The notes under the pieces are model-generated. The model saw only the letters and a list, made by a program, of their open reading frames with translations, had not been told where the DNA came from and did no database searches. Below are positions 49,621 through 58,725 of a DNA stretch of 64,000 nucleotides, one piece after another (within the stretch, counting starts at the first letter, position 1; each line of letters starts with the position of its first letter). The DNA lies in the IMG/VR virus record IMGVR_UViG_3300017751_000007; one strand, given 5' to 3'. Source of the DNA: an uncultured virus (IMG/VR IMGVR_UViG_3300017751_000007) (taxonomy: Duplodnaviria > Heunggongvirae > Uroviricota > Caudoviricetes). The position numbers and the translations under genes are program-made.

Positions 49621-49649
49621 AATATACACTATAATGGTCATAATGGCAA
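49621..49649 (-). promoter_or_regulatory. sigma70-type promoter
   Basis: GCA-TTGCCA-N17-TATATT. Confidence 0.65.
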
Positions 49650-50582
49650 TGCTGGTTTGATTTTTTCTGCCAATTCTGTGTAGTCAATATAATCAAGGTT
49701 TTTCACGCCTTTCCACTCTTCAATTGGTTTATTTACATCATCACGGCCGTCATTATATCTGTTGACCTTATAGAATTTTATACTATTAAACGATTGAAAC
49801 AAGTCTTTCCACTGTCTCTTCCAGTTTATACTTGGTGTTGGGTGCATTTCTTTTGATACATAATGTTTAGTACCAGCAAATATGTTATTGACCTTTTTAT
49901 GTGTACTGTCAAGGTCATGTCCTATCAAAAACACCTCACTTGGTGTTTCTTTCTTACATGCAATCCAACCTGCTGTTGGTCCTGCTGACCAACCCTTATC
50001 TTTATTGTCCATATATTCTGTAATTGTTTCAGAATAGTCTGGTGTTTTTATCCATGATACTTTGATAGCACCATGACTAATATTTTTCTTTTCTGTGCCA
50101 CCATCTTTCTTAATAATTCCTACTATGCCTGATAATTTAGAACCATGCATAACATATTCTGTACTGTCACCACGTTCATTAGTAATAATGATATTATGTT
50201 TCTTTTGTAGTTCTTCCATTTCTAATTTATCTATACCACTGTCCATCATCATTTCATATGTATAGGCAGGCACTTTAGTCCAATCTCTAAAATAACATGG
50301 TACTTTTTGTGCTACGCCAGCATGATATATCTCATGCATAATACCATGGTCTACACCTATCAATGCGTCAATCTTATCTAACTCTTCTCTGTAAATGGCA
50401 TTGCAACCATAAACTTTACCATGTGGTTTTAGAGTTTGTAAATCTAAACCTAATCTACTAGTACCATTACCAATACAAAATACTCTTGTCATTCGTTCTC
50501 TTTTGTGTCGTTTAGATTGTTCTAAACCTATTCTTAATATCTCTTCTTCTTTTGGCCACTCTTCATCAAAGTATCTAGCCAT
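49638..50582 (-). CDS. conserved phage protein (possible nucleotide-sugar transferase fold)
   Basis: IGNGTSR...YGCNAIYR...VD...SAG...LIGHD pattern. Confidence 0.5.
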   Translation of the reverse strand: MARYFDEEWPKEEEILRIGLEQSKRHKRERMTRVFCIGNGTSRLGLDLQTLKPHGKVYGCNAIYREELDKIDALIGVDHGIMHEIYHAGVAQKVPCYFRDWTKVPAYTYEMMMDSGIDKLEMEELQKKHNIIITNERGDSTEYVMHGSKLSGIVGIIKKDGGTEKKNISHGAIKVSWIKTPDYSETITEYMDNKDKGWSAGPTAGWIACKKETPSEVFLIGHDLDSTHKKVNNIFAGTKHYVSKEMHPTPSINWKRQWKDLFQSFNSIKFYKVNRYNDGRDDVNKPIEEWKGVKNLDYIDYTELAEKIKPALPL

Positions 50583-50886
50583 AATAATGATTTAATAATC
50601 CTGTTGCATATGTAAAAATGGCAACTGCATTTAAAAAGATTAATGCACGGTCATGCCATAACATACCGACTACCAACCAACCTGTAACACCAATACCATG
50701 AATTATAATGTTCATAGGAAATATGTTAGCACTGGTCAATGCCATACCACCAATAATGAATATACTAGAAACCCATTTAATGTACCATGATAGGTCACCT
50801 TTTGGTGTAATCTTCTTAAATACTCTTGTAGAGTTTAAGTCTTTAATCTTGTCATCTAATTTCTTTCTGACATTACCACCAACCAT
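50575..50886 (-). CDS. small membrane protein
   Basis: WYIKWVSS plus three TM segments; AGGAG SD before ATG 50886. Confidence 0.6.
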   Translation of the reverse strand: MVGGNVRKKLDDKIKDLNSTRVFKKITPKGDLSWYIKWVSSIFIIGGMALTSANIFPMNIIIHGIGVTGWLVVGMLWHDRALIFLNAVAIFTYATGLLNHYYG

Positions 50887-51154
50887 GTGCAACTCCTAAA
50901 CCAAATACGTTCATCAATGAAAAGTAACCTACTAATACTGTAGGCCATGCTAGTTTACGTCTGTAGTGTGCATAGAAACCTGTAATACTACCAACAAAGA
51001 AACCAGGATATACAATTCGCATATCTGGACTATCAGCTGTTACAGCCAACGTCACACTTGCACCCACTGTAAATATGAAACTAACTAGTTCAAAGTAAAA
51101 AGCAACCTTATCACTTCTATAACTCTGTAACCAAAAATCTTTTACTTTATCCAT
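50873..51154 (-). CDS. small membrane protein
   Basis: 93 aa, three hydrophobic segments; GAGGTG SD. Confidence 0.65.
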   Translation of the reverse strand: MDKVKDFWLQSYRSDKVAFYFELVSFIFTVGASVTLAVTADSPDMRIVYPGFFVGSITGFYAHYRRKLAWPTVLVGYFSLMNVFGLGVAHGWW

Positions 51155-51758
51155 TTATCACCTCTTTTATTGTAAACTTGGCAGTTGTTCTATCAAGTTT
51201 TATGAATGGTCTTAATTTGACCATTGTTTCTGAAATTTTAGGCCAAACCACTGTTTCAGATATTTCTTTGTCATAATTTTTACGAAACGCAATAAGCTCG
51301 TCAAGAAGTATGGCGGTTTGGAGACTAACTTTCCTTTGAATAAGTAAACGTAAGAATCGTGAATGTTGTCCATTACGTATGCCCATGCCATCATCAAAAG
51401 AAAGGCGCTTAAACTCAAAATCAGAAAGCATACGACCAAGGTCTTCTCGTAAAGAGTAATCAAAAGTCTCTTTATATTTTTTATAGTTAATATAGGCTTC
51501 ATTACCATCATTTCTTATAAGATTTCCAATCCACTTCCGACCATCAATAGCAAAATTACTAACAAAATAATCCAGTATGTCTCGTTCATTATATCTTTTA
51601 GATAACTTATGAAAAAAATACCTATCTTTTCGTTTAGTAAACGACTCAAGAGTTGCGTTGTTCTTTCCATTGTACTTGATATAGTCATATGAGCTCGTAG
51701 TGAAATGGAGTTTAACGCCGAGATAAATTTTGTAAACATCATAGCCACCATATTGCAT
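51147..51758 (-). CDS. gp59: helicase loader gp59
   Basis: YLGVKLHFT..YDYIKYNGK...F.KRKDRYFF.KL. Confidence 0.88.
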   Translation of the reverse strand: MQYGGYDVYKIYLGVKLHFTTSSYDYIKYNGKNNATLESFTKRKDRYFFHKLSKRYNERDILDYFVSNFAIDGRKWIGNLIRNDGNEAYINYKKYKETFDYSLREDLGRMLSDFEFKRLSFDDGMGIRNGQHSRFLRLLIQRKVSLQTAILLDELIAFRKNYDKEISETVVWPKISETMVKLRPFIKLDRTTAKFTIKEVING

Positions 51759-52372
51759 TAATCATCTAACAAATACTTTGCACTTATAGGAAAATGGTCT
51801 TTAATATGCCTTGATAACGGTTGTGTTATCATTCTTGTTTCTTCTTGTGCGTCTTCTTTGTTCCTTAGGTTACAGACACGAGCAAAGGCATATAAACTTC
51901 CTGTCCAATACCACTCTGTCATCATATTTTGAGGTAGTACCATTCTTGCCATTTCAGGTGCTACACCCTCTTTTAATAGATTGTTGTATGTTTCTTTTAC
52001 ATATTGAATTGTAGAAGAAATATCATATTCAATCTCTTTGTCACTTGAACCTTGTTTTTTGTTTTCTGGTTTACCACGCCATATAAATGGCATATAAAAT
52101 TGTGGTTCATCATCTACGTATCTACGACTTACTTCATTCCATACTAAACCAACTTGGTGTTTTACTAGTTGTCTTGCAACAAACACAGGTGCCTTAATTA
52201 AAAATTGTAACGTTGCATGACCAAATGGCGACCAATGGTTATGGTCTGCAAGGTACTTGATTAGTTTCTCATCTTTCTCATCAAATACATCTTTCTTCTT
52301 ACTGAATGACACTCTAGCTGCATTTACAACAGACAGGTCACTACCTAATTTTTCAATCAATTCTACGTTCAT
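51758..52372 (-). CDS. thyX: FAD-dependent thymidylate synthase ThyX
   Basis: VNAARVSF, HWSPF, VARQLVKH...NEVSRRY and PEMARMVLP. Confidence 0.93.
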   Translation of the reverse strand: MNVELIEKLGSDLSVVNAARVSFSKKKDVFDEKDEKLIKYLADHNHWSPFGHATLQFLIKAPVFVARQLVKHQVGLVWNEVSRRYVDDEPQFYMPFIWRGKPENKKQGSSDKEIEYDISSTIQYVKETYNNLLKEGVAPEMARMVLPQNMMTEWYWTGSLYAFARVCNLRNKEDAQEETRMITQPLSRHIKDHFPISAKYLLDD

Positions 52373-52382
52373 CTATATCTCC

Positions 52383-52601
52383 TCACACAGGTAATCTTGC
52401 TGGTCTACCACCTTTAAGTAGGCAGACTTCAGCTGCTTCAGCTTTAATTTTTTCTTTTAGGGATTTGGTAATCATTCTACTAGCAGTTTCAACCTCAATA
52501 TTCTCGGTCTCACAGTAGTGAATTATTGCGTCTAGGTAAGTTATTGGTTTCTTATCTTTTACAATGTTCTCAATTATCAAACTAAATTCTTTACTATTCA
52601 T
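52383..52601 (-). CDS. gp33: late transcription coactivator gp33
   Basis: FSLIIE...YLDAIIHYCE...LKEKIKAEA. Confidence 0.85.
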   Translation of the reverse strand: MNSKEFSLIIENIVKDKKPITYLDAIIHYCETENIEVETASRMITKSLKEKIKAEAAEVCLLKGGRPARLPV

Positions 52602-52637
52602 ACTTACCTTTATATCATATTATACGTCATTTGTAAA

Positions 52638-52985
52638 GCGTGGATTGATTCTGTTACGAGGTTCAATCCACAAAACCCTAAGCGACTAAGCCGCTAATGC
52701 AAAGTTATTATCGTTTGCGTTTAATTAGCATGAAAGGTTGCCACCTATTAACCTCTTACAAACTTCTCAACACCTGTCGAATCCTGTATCAGCCCCGTCA
52801 TAAGCACACTATTTGCCTTTACCACTCAAATATCTAATCCGGCGGTCTTCTTCTTTTTTGACCCATTTGTCAAAGTAATTTTTAATCCAATTAAACATTT
52901 TTACTCCTAGTGTGTTTATGGTGGAGCTGTCCGGAACTGCCCCGGAGTCCAGTCTGCCTACCATGTTTGTCGTCAACGACTAATT
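52638..52985 (-). ncRNA. ssrA: circularly permuted two-piece tmRNA: acceptor piece ~52985-52919, coding piece 52796-~52638, tag 52718-52686 ANDNNFALAA*
   Basis: coding piece starts GGGGCTGATACAGGATTCGAC; upstream piece ends TCCGG-GGCAGTT-CCGGA-CAGCTCC-A-CCA; acceptor stem has G3-U70; resume codon GCA. Confidence 0.92.
52809..52898 (-). CDS. 29-aa protein inside the tmRNA intervening segment
   Basis: AGGAG-N5-ATG; MFNWIKNYFDKWVKKEEDRRIRYLSGKGK*. Confidence 0.65.
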   Translation of the reverse strand: MFNWIKNYFDKWVKKEEDRRIRYLSGKGK

Positions 52986-52986
52986 C

Positions 52987-53361
52987 TTATAACTCTGTGC
53001 CTAACATAGGCGATAGAGTTGTCTCGTATGAATGGTACAATATACATGACTCGGTCATGTTTAAATTACTTATTGTAACCATTGTTTGTGTGCCACTCGG
53101 TTGAAACCAGTAAAATACATAATATACTACTTCACCATCTGGTCTTGCACCGGCTTTACCCACTGATACATTAAATACTTCAAAACCTTTGTCTTTTGTA
53201 TATCTACCTACCTCATCTGGTGTACCACATAGAATTGGTATTCCTGTAGAAAAGAAATTATAATCAGTGATTTGTTTTTCAACTTCTTGTGCTCTTAACA
53301 TGCCAGCCATTGCTTGGAACATTAAAAGTGAGAAGAATAATGTAATTATTGTTTTTTTCAT
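52987..53361 (-). CDS. hypothetical exported protein
   Basis: signal peptide MKKTIITLFFSLLMFQAMA; two Cys. Confidence 0.65.
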   Translation of the reverse strand: MKKTIITLFFSLLMFQAMAGMLRAQEVEKQITDYNFFSTGIPILCGTPDEVGRYTKDKGFEVFNVSVGKAGARPDGEVVYYVFYWFQPSGTQTMVTISNLNMTESCILYHSYETTLSPMLGTEL

Positions 53362-53399
53362 TACTTCTTCCTCAAAGATAGGTGGTAATACAAATACGA

Positions 53400-54080
53400 C
53401 TACGCCTTGTCTTTAGATTGTTCTTCGTAATATTTATAAAAATACTTAATAGCCGACTCAAGTTTTTCTTCATAGTCTGCTTTGTTTTTTACGAATGCCT
53501 TACATGAACCATCTTCACCTGCTTGCAAGATAACAATTTGGTCAATCTTTGTGCCAAATAGTTCTTCATACATATGTGCATAAGCAGTACATTGAATATA
53601 GTAATTCTCATTCCAAGAATCAACTCTTTCTTTGTTAGCTGTTTTGAAGTCAATCACGGACAGTTTACCATTGTATTCTGCAATACAATCAACTTGACCA
53701 GCAATGGTCAGTTTTTTACTGTACATGATTTTCTCTAATGCATGAATATTATCAAGTTGTTCAAGATAAGGTTTCAATAATCTAAACATACCTAGTGGTA
53801 GTACGTCTCTTGTAGTAGGCGTCTCACCTTTTAGGTAGTTTTCAACTAGATTGTGTACTGCTGTACCACGTCTAGCTGCTCTGTTCATTTCCCACTTCGC
53901 AGCCTCTTCGCCTACATTTTTACGCCAAGCAATAAGACCTGGTTTCTTTTGTACGCCGAGTACAGTAGTTATGGAAGGAAAGTGTTGTCCATCTACTTCA
54001 TAGAAACGAAAACCATTTTGGTTCTTGCCTTTAGTTGTAGGGAATTTACTTTCGTCTAGTTGAATAAAATTCTTACTCAT
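53400..54080 (-). CDS. PD-(D/E)XK exonuclease
   Basis: PSITTVL, RGTAVH, AGQVDCI, IDFKT and Q..AYA. Confidence 0.88.
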   Translation of the reverse strand: MSKNFIQLDESKFPTTKGKNQNGFRFYEVDGQHFPSITTVLGVQKKPGLIAWRKNVGEEAAKWEMNRAARRGTAVHNLVENYLKGETPTTRDVLPLGMFRLLKPYLEQLDNIHALEKIMYSKKLTIAGQVDCIAEYNGKLSVIDFKTANKERVDSWNENYYIQCTAYAHMYEELFGTKIDQIVILQAGEDGSCKAFVKNKADYEEKLESAIKYFYKYYEEQSKDKA

Positions 54081-54116
54081 AATGTTTTCACCTTCATTTT
54101 TAATTGTCTAACATAT

Positions 54117-54145
54117 AGTATACCACATTTCACTGGTAATGGCAA
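54117..54145 (-). promoter_or_regulatory. sigma70-type promoter
   Basis: GCA-TTGCCA-N17-TATACT with TGn. Confidence 0.7.
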
Positions 54146-54229
54146 TGCTTAAATGCCTTTTTTTGCATACATATCGTTTATTTCGTCACGACCTGCTTTA
54201 AGTTTCTCATCATTAAGACGTTTATAGTC

Positions 54230-54739
54230 TCATGTAAGAGTTTTCGCTAACTCTGTAGTCTCATTTACACGTCTAGTCCAACCTTTACCAAAGGTATCAA
54301 AGGTACTTAATTTCTCATAGTAACCTTGTCTAGCGTTTTGAAAGTTAGTGATTGCTTTTTCAATACCGTGTGCTTCAACGTATTCAGCAACGGCTTTCAA
54401 AGTATTAGGTCCAATACCACCATCTGCAACTGTACCAATCATTGTTTGTAGGTACTTTGCACTTCGGCCTGGTCCTGCATTGACACCAAAATCAAAGCAA
54501 CATAAGTCCAAGCCACCTGGCAAGTCGTCACCTTTCATTTTGTCCCAATAGTTCTTTTTATAGATTGGAGCAACATCTTCAACTGTTAAGTCTTTCATGT
54601 CTTTTGTTCCACCCCATTCTTCATATACTCTTTTAGTTACGCCTAGATTTGTTTCACCACCTGGGTCTTTTGGATGATTTACATATCCACCCTCATGGTG
54701 TAAAATAGTTTCTAAACATTTCTGATAATTTGATTGCAT
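54230..54739 (-). CDS. GH108 lysozyme with a peptidoglycan-binding domain (endolysin)
   Basis: HEGGYVNHPKDPGGETNLGVT, FDFGVNAG, DGGIGPNT and FGKGWTRR. Confidence 0.92.
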   Translation of the reverse strand: MQSNYQKCLETILHHEGGYVNHPKDPGGETNLGVTKRVYEEWGGTKDMKDLTVEDVAPIYKKNYWDKMKGDDLPGGLDLCCFDFGVNAGPGRSAKYLQTMIGTVADGGIGPNTLKAVAEYVEAHGIEKAITNFQNARQGYYEKLSTFDTFGKGWTRRVNETTELAKTLT

Positions 54740-55138
54740 TTATTGTTTACCTCTTGTTAACGATAATATCTTATCAATCTGTGCCTTAATTATAGGCTGT
54801 CGATTCGGCCAATGAATATATGGCTCTTCTGACTTTGATAAGTTGTATAAAAAAGGTAATATAACCTTTTCTATCTCTTTAAACCTACTCAACGTTTCTT
54901 CGTCTGTAAGTTCTTTTGTAACTGTATCTTTTTCAGCTACAATTTGCATAATTTCAGACATCATAGATTTAATATCCTTAACGTCCTCTTTTACTTTAGC
55001 AACCTCTAATGTTTGGTTGTCAATTACAGAGGGGTCAATACTAGGAGTATTATTCTCGCTTGGTGCTTTTGATACAGGAGTAAAACCCCAATCGTCTGTG
55101 GTATCAAACCCACGCATATAATCTGGTATATCTGCCAT
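54740..55138 (-). CDS. conserved phage hypothetical protein
   Basis: coiled coil followed by ILPFLYNL...YIHWPNR. Confidence 0.7.
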   Translation of the reverse strand: MADIPDYMRGFDTTDDWGFTPVSKAPSENNTPSIDPSVIDNQTLEVAKVKEDVKDIKSMMSEIMQIVAEKDTVTKELTDEETLSRFKEIEKVILPFLYNLSKSEEPYIHWPNRQPIIKAQIDKILSLTRGKQ

Positions 55139-55452
55139 TACTTTAGTCCTCGTTTTCTTCGTTTGTGTTTTTTTATTACCTCTGCTGTCTTCACGTCTTT
55201 GATAGACCTTTTACCATATCTTTGGCCCAAGTTAGAGGTAGGGTGTGCTTCAGCAATTCGTTGCATGTTTTCCTGCCAACCTTGGTCATTCTTCATTGCA
55301 CCCATGCCTTGTACACCACCTACTATATTTATCTTTGTTAGGCACTGTTTAATGTGTTTATTCTTCTCCAGATATGTCTCTTTATCTGAAATGGACATCA
55401 TGTCGTCCCAAACTTTTCCAGTCTTGGTATTTTCAAAGGTATATGTCGGCAT
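55138..55452 (-). CDS. FmdB-like T4-family small protein
   Basis: MPTYTFENTKTG...YLEKN...IAEAHP. Confidence 0.6.
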   Translation of the reverse strand: MPTYTFENTKTGKVWDDMMSISDKETYLEKNKHIKQCLTKINIVGGVQGMGAMKNDQGWQENMQRIAEAHPTSNLGQRYGKRSIKDVKTAEVIKKHKRRKRGLK

Positions 55453-55688
55453 TATGCTTGAGCCTTAAAAGGGTCCTTTGTTTCAAAATGTTGTTCAACA
55501 ACATCAAGTTGGTCTTGGTATTCTGCAATGATTTTTAACTCTTTTTCAATTTCAGTTAATAAATCACCGTGTTCGCCAATGCCTGCTGGTCTCTCTAACA
55601 ATATTTCTACGTTAATCTTGTGTTTGTCAATGTGACCTTGAGCATGTGATTTCACTGCTTCTAATGTCTTGTCTCTATTATACGCCAT
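55452..55688 (-). CDS. conserved phage hypothetical protein
   Basis: GHIDKHKINVE...GIGEH; GGAG SD before MAYNR. Confidence 0.7.
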   Translation of the reverse strand: MAYNRDKTLEAVKSHAQGHIDKHKINVEILLERPAGIGEHGDLLTEIEKELKIIAEYQDQLDVVEQHFETKDPFKAQA

Positions 55689-56799
55689 GTTTTTGGTCTC
55701 CTTCATTATAATATTCTTTGATACTATTTATTATGTAATCCTGATGGTGTTCAGGAAGATTATGATAACATGGTAAACTTAATACCATGTCACTTACGTT
55801 CTCAGTTTTAGGACAACTATGCCACAACTTATCATAACTTTTGAAAGTAGGTTTAGCATAATGTATTCTAGTCTCAATACCTCTACTAGATAAAAACTTT
55901 CTGAGATTATCTCTATCTTCTACCATAATGACATAAACATAATACGTATGTTTAGACCAAGGTGTTTCTTTAGGTACAACTACAATATCTTTTAAGGCGT
56001 CTGTGTATCTATGAGCAACTTCTCGTTTCTCTTCAATCCAACTATCTACCTTTTTTAATTTCTTTTCTAATACGGCCGCTTGTAAGTTATCAATTCTACC
56101 ATTATAACCTACTATGCCTTGCCATGTACAACCATTCTCGCCACGACCATGGTTTCTTAAAATCTTTACCATGTTTACATATTTACTTTTACCAACTACA
56201 GCGCCTGCGTCACCAAAGGCACCTAAATTCTTGACTGGATTAAAACTAAAACATGTCAAATCTACTAAACTACCCACCTTTTTACCATTGTAATCTGAAC
56301 CAAAACTATGAGCTGCGTCTTCAATAACTTTTAATTGAAACCTTTTAGCAAAACTTAATATGTGTTTTATATCTGGTGTTTGACCATACATATCTACAAA
56401 TAAGATTGCTTTCATCTTATCAGTATTCTTCATCTTTGTAACATCCATGTGATAGAATTCATCTATATCTACATAAACTGGTTTTGCACCAACAGATAAT
56501 ATTGCCTCTGTAGTAGCAATAAATGTGGCACCAACTGTTAACACTTCGTCACCTGCACCAACACCAACTGCCTTTAAGGCACAAGTCAATGCCATAGAAC
56601 CACTATTAACTGAAGCACAGGCCTCTGCTTTACAGTATTCTGCTATTCTCTTTTCAAACTTCTCTGTAGTTTTACCTGTTAAGAAATCTGTTTCATTAAT
56701 AACTCTACTGACACCATAATCTATTTCTGATTTACATTCTTCATATTGAGAATACAAATCTGTAAATGGTATTTTAGTCTCTGCCTGTAAGATAGTCAT
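55678..56799 (-). CDS. DegT/DnrJ/EryC1/StrS sugar aminotransferase
   Basis: IEDAAHS, FSFNPVKNLGAFGDAG (PLP lysine) and VLSLP. Confidence 0.93.
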   Translation of the reverse strand: MTILQAETKIPFTDLYSQYEECKSEIDYGVSRVINETDFLTGKTTEKFEKRIAEYCKAEACASVNSGSMALTCALKAVGVGAGDEVLTVGATFIATTEAILSVGAKPVYVDIDEFYHMDVTKMKNTDKMKAILFVDMYGQTPDIKHILSFAKRFQLKVIEDAAHSFGSDYNGKKVGSLVDLTCFSFNPVKNLGAFGDAGAVVGKSKYVNMVKILRNHGRGENGCTWQGIVGYNGRIDNLQAAVLEKKLKKVDSWIEEKREVAHRYTDALKDIVVVPKETPWSKHTYYVYVIMVEDRDNLRKFLSSRGIETRIHYAKPTFKSYDKLWHSCPKTENVSDMVLSLPCYHNLPEHHQDYIINSIKEYYNEGDQKHGV

Positions 56800-57727
56800 A
56801 ATATTTTTTTAGTCCTTCTTCAAATGTATGTTCGGGTTGCCATTTAAGATACAACTTCGCCTTACTAATATCAAGTGTACCTCTCATAGGATATAATTTA
56901 TGTGCGCCAATATCTTCTACTTCTGATTCACTGCCTGTTAAAAACAAAACGTGGTCTGCAAGTTCTCTTAAACTATGTGCATGACCATTTGTTATATTAA
57001 AACTTTGGTTTTTAACATGTGATTCTAAAGCACACTTTTTTAAACCTCTAACTACGTCATCTTTATATGTAAAGTCAACCTTGTTATTACCATTGTGTAA
57101 AGTAATCTTTTCATTCTTCATTGCTTTGGCAAAGAATTTAGGTATCACTCTATCTGGTAAGTCACCTTTACCATAGACACCACTTGGTCTGACAATAATA
57201 TAATCCATATTGTTTTTCTTACAGAAGAGTTTTGTTAATCTCTCGCCCATAAGTTTTGCCTCACCATATAAGTTTGTTGGTTTTGTATCAGCGTGTTCTT
57301 CAACACCGTCTTTGAAATCACCATACACCATACTACTACTGACATAAACAAATCTTTTAGTCTGAAATTTATCAGCATTATACAATAAGTTAGTTGTGCC
57401 TGAAACTAGTTTTGGTATACCTAAAACCGGATTGTCGTCAACAATCTGTGCTCTTGGATAGGCAGCTAAATGAACAACTACGTCTGGTTGAAATGTAAAG
57501 GCACGTAAACAATCTCTTTGGTTTATTATATCGCCCTCAACAATTGAAATTCGTTCTAGTTTCCAATTACGTGTACGATAACTGTACATCTTTTTCTTGG
57601 CACCACCGTCAATTGTACCATAGGTATCTTTATTATCTAAAACGATAACCTCATGGTTCTTTGACAACTCTTCTACAAGCCTAGAACCAATAAAACCAAA
57701 ACCACCTGTTACAAGTATCTTTTTCAA
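56774..57727 (-). CDS. NAD-dependent nucleotide-sugar epimerase/dehydratase
   Basis: TGGFGFIG, SSSMVYG and YGEAK. Confidence 0.92.
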   Translation of the reverse strand: MKKILVTGGFGFIGSRLVEELSKNHEVIVLDNKDTYGTIDGGAKKKMYSYRTRNWKLERISIVEGDIINQRDCLRAFTFQPDVVVHLAAYPRAQIVDDNPVLGIPKLVSGTTNLLYNADKFQTKRFVYVSSSMVYGDFKDGVEEHADTKPTNLYGEAKLMGERLTKLFCKKNNMDYIIVRPSGVYGKGDLPDRVIPKFFAKAMKNEKITLHNGNNKVDFTYKDDVVRGLKKCALESHVKNQSFNITNGHAHSLRELADHVLFLTGSESEVEDIGAHKLYPMRGTLDISKAKLYLKWQPEHTFEEGLKKYYDYLTGRD

Positions 57728-57966
57728 ATCTCACCTTTCATAATCTTTATTTGTTCATTCTTAAAATCTCTACGTTCTTTTCTATTGATGTATTCTGCAC
57801 CACCTTTTTTGAGCATGTAATACTCTTTCTCTGTGATGATATGCCAACTGTCTGTTGTAATTAATTTTCTATTGAACCTATCAAATGACTCATCAATATA
57901 ACGCCATCTGATTTTGTTTTCTGTTGGATGTTTTTCGTAAAATTTAGGCCGTACTTTCTTTTGCAT
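57724..57966 (-). CDS. hypothetical protein
   Basis: probable start MQKKVRP after GAGGG. Confidence 0.55.
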   Translation of the reverse strand: MQKKVRPKFYEKHPTENKIRWRYIDESFDRFNRKLITTDSWHIITEKEYYMLKKGGAEYINRKERRDFKNEQIKIMKGEI

Positions 57967-58528
57967 GTTGTATTCCCTCACTGTACCATGTAGGCATTTT
58001 GCCTGGAGATTTCCATGAGGCAAAACTACGCTTGTGTTCAATGTAATATTTTCTGTAAGAACCTACAACGTCACCTGGTATTTTGCAATCATCTGGCATA
58101 GCAGGTGTTGGGTCTGTAGGTAGTTTGTTTAGTGATATATTTTTAGGTGGATACATCAATATCTCTTTTAGTAAAGTGATAGTTGAATGGTCTTTTACAT
58201 GACCATAACGTAACTTGAATTGGTCGTTAAGAGCAATCATGTGTTTGTATAACCAGTGATAGTTGTAAGCATTTTCCATAACCCATAATGTACTAGGGTG
58301 TCCTGTGTGACACGCTTTGTACAATACATTATCCATGTTAGAATTAGGATGACGCCAACGTTTGATATTTCTACCTGTCTTGGTCTTGCCTGTGTATTGT
58401 GTGCCATCAATCATACGGTGTGCTGTTGATAACATCTGTGCTGATTCTACAATCATCTTAACTACATGTTTGTCAATAAGCATTGTAGCTGAAATGATTG
58501 GGTCTTTGTGTACGTAAAATATATTCAT
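57944..58528 (-). CDS. pyrimidine-dimer DNA glycosylase-like protein (DenV-related)
   Basis: MNIFYV...DKHVVKMIVESAQMLSTAH...HPSTLW...AMP...YRKYY. Confidence 0.75.
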   Translation of the reverse strand: MNIFYVHKDPIISATMLIDKHVVKMIVESAQMLSTAHRMIDGTQYTGKTKTGRNIKRWRHPNSNMDNVLYKACHTGHPSTLWVMENAYNYHWLYKHMIALNDQFKLRYGHVKDHSTITLLKEILMYPPKNISLNKLPTDPTPAMPDDCKIPGDVVGSYRKYYIEHKRSFASWKSPGKMPTWYSEGIQHAKESTA

Positions 58529-58725
58529 TAATGTGACGCCTTTCTAAAGTAATCCATTGCGTCATATTTTCTACAAAGTTTTTCTAGTACACCATACCAG
58601 AAGTTTTTAGACCAATCAGTAGTAGAAGACTTACAAGTGTTTTCTGCGTTTGTAATTCTACGTGCTTGGTCTGGTGTTAAGTGTGATGTTGAAGTCATAC
58701 GTTTTATATCCTCGCTGTGTATCAT
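58528..58725 (-). CDS. hypothetical protein
   Basis: 65-aa ORF behind TTGCCA-N17-TAGGAT (58735-58763). Confidence 0.6.
   Translation of the reverse strand: MIHSEDIKRMTSTSHLTPDQARRITNAENTCKSSTTDWSKNFWYGVLEKLCRKYDAMDYFRKASH

Noticed and set aside
52910..53104. plus-strand ORF MCLWWSCPELPRSP
   Set aside because: antisense reading of the tmRNA acceptor piece
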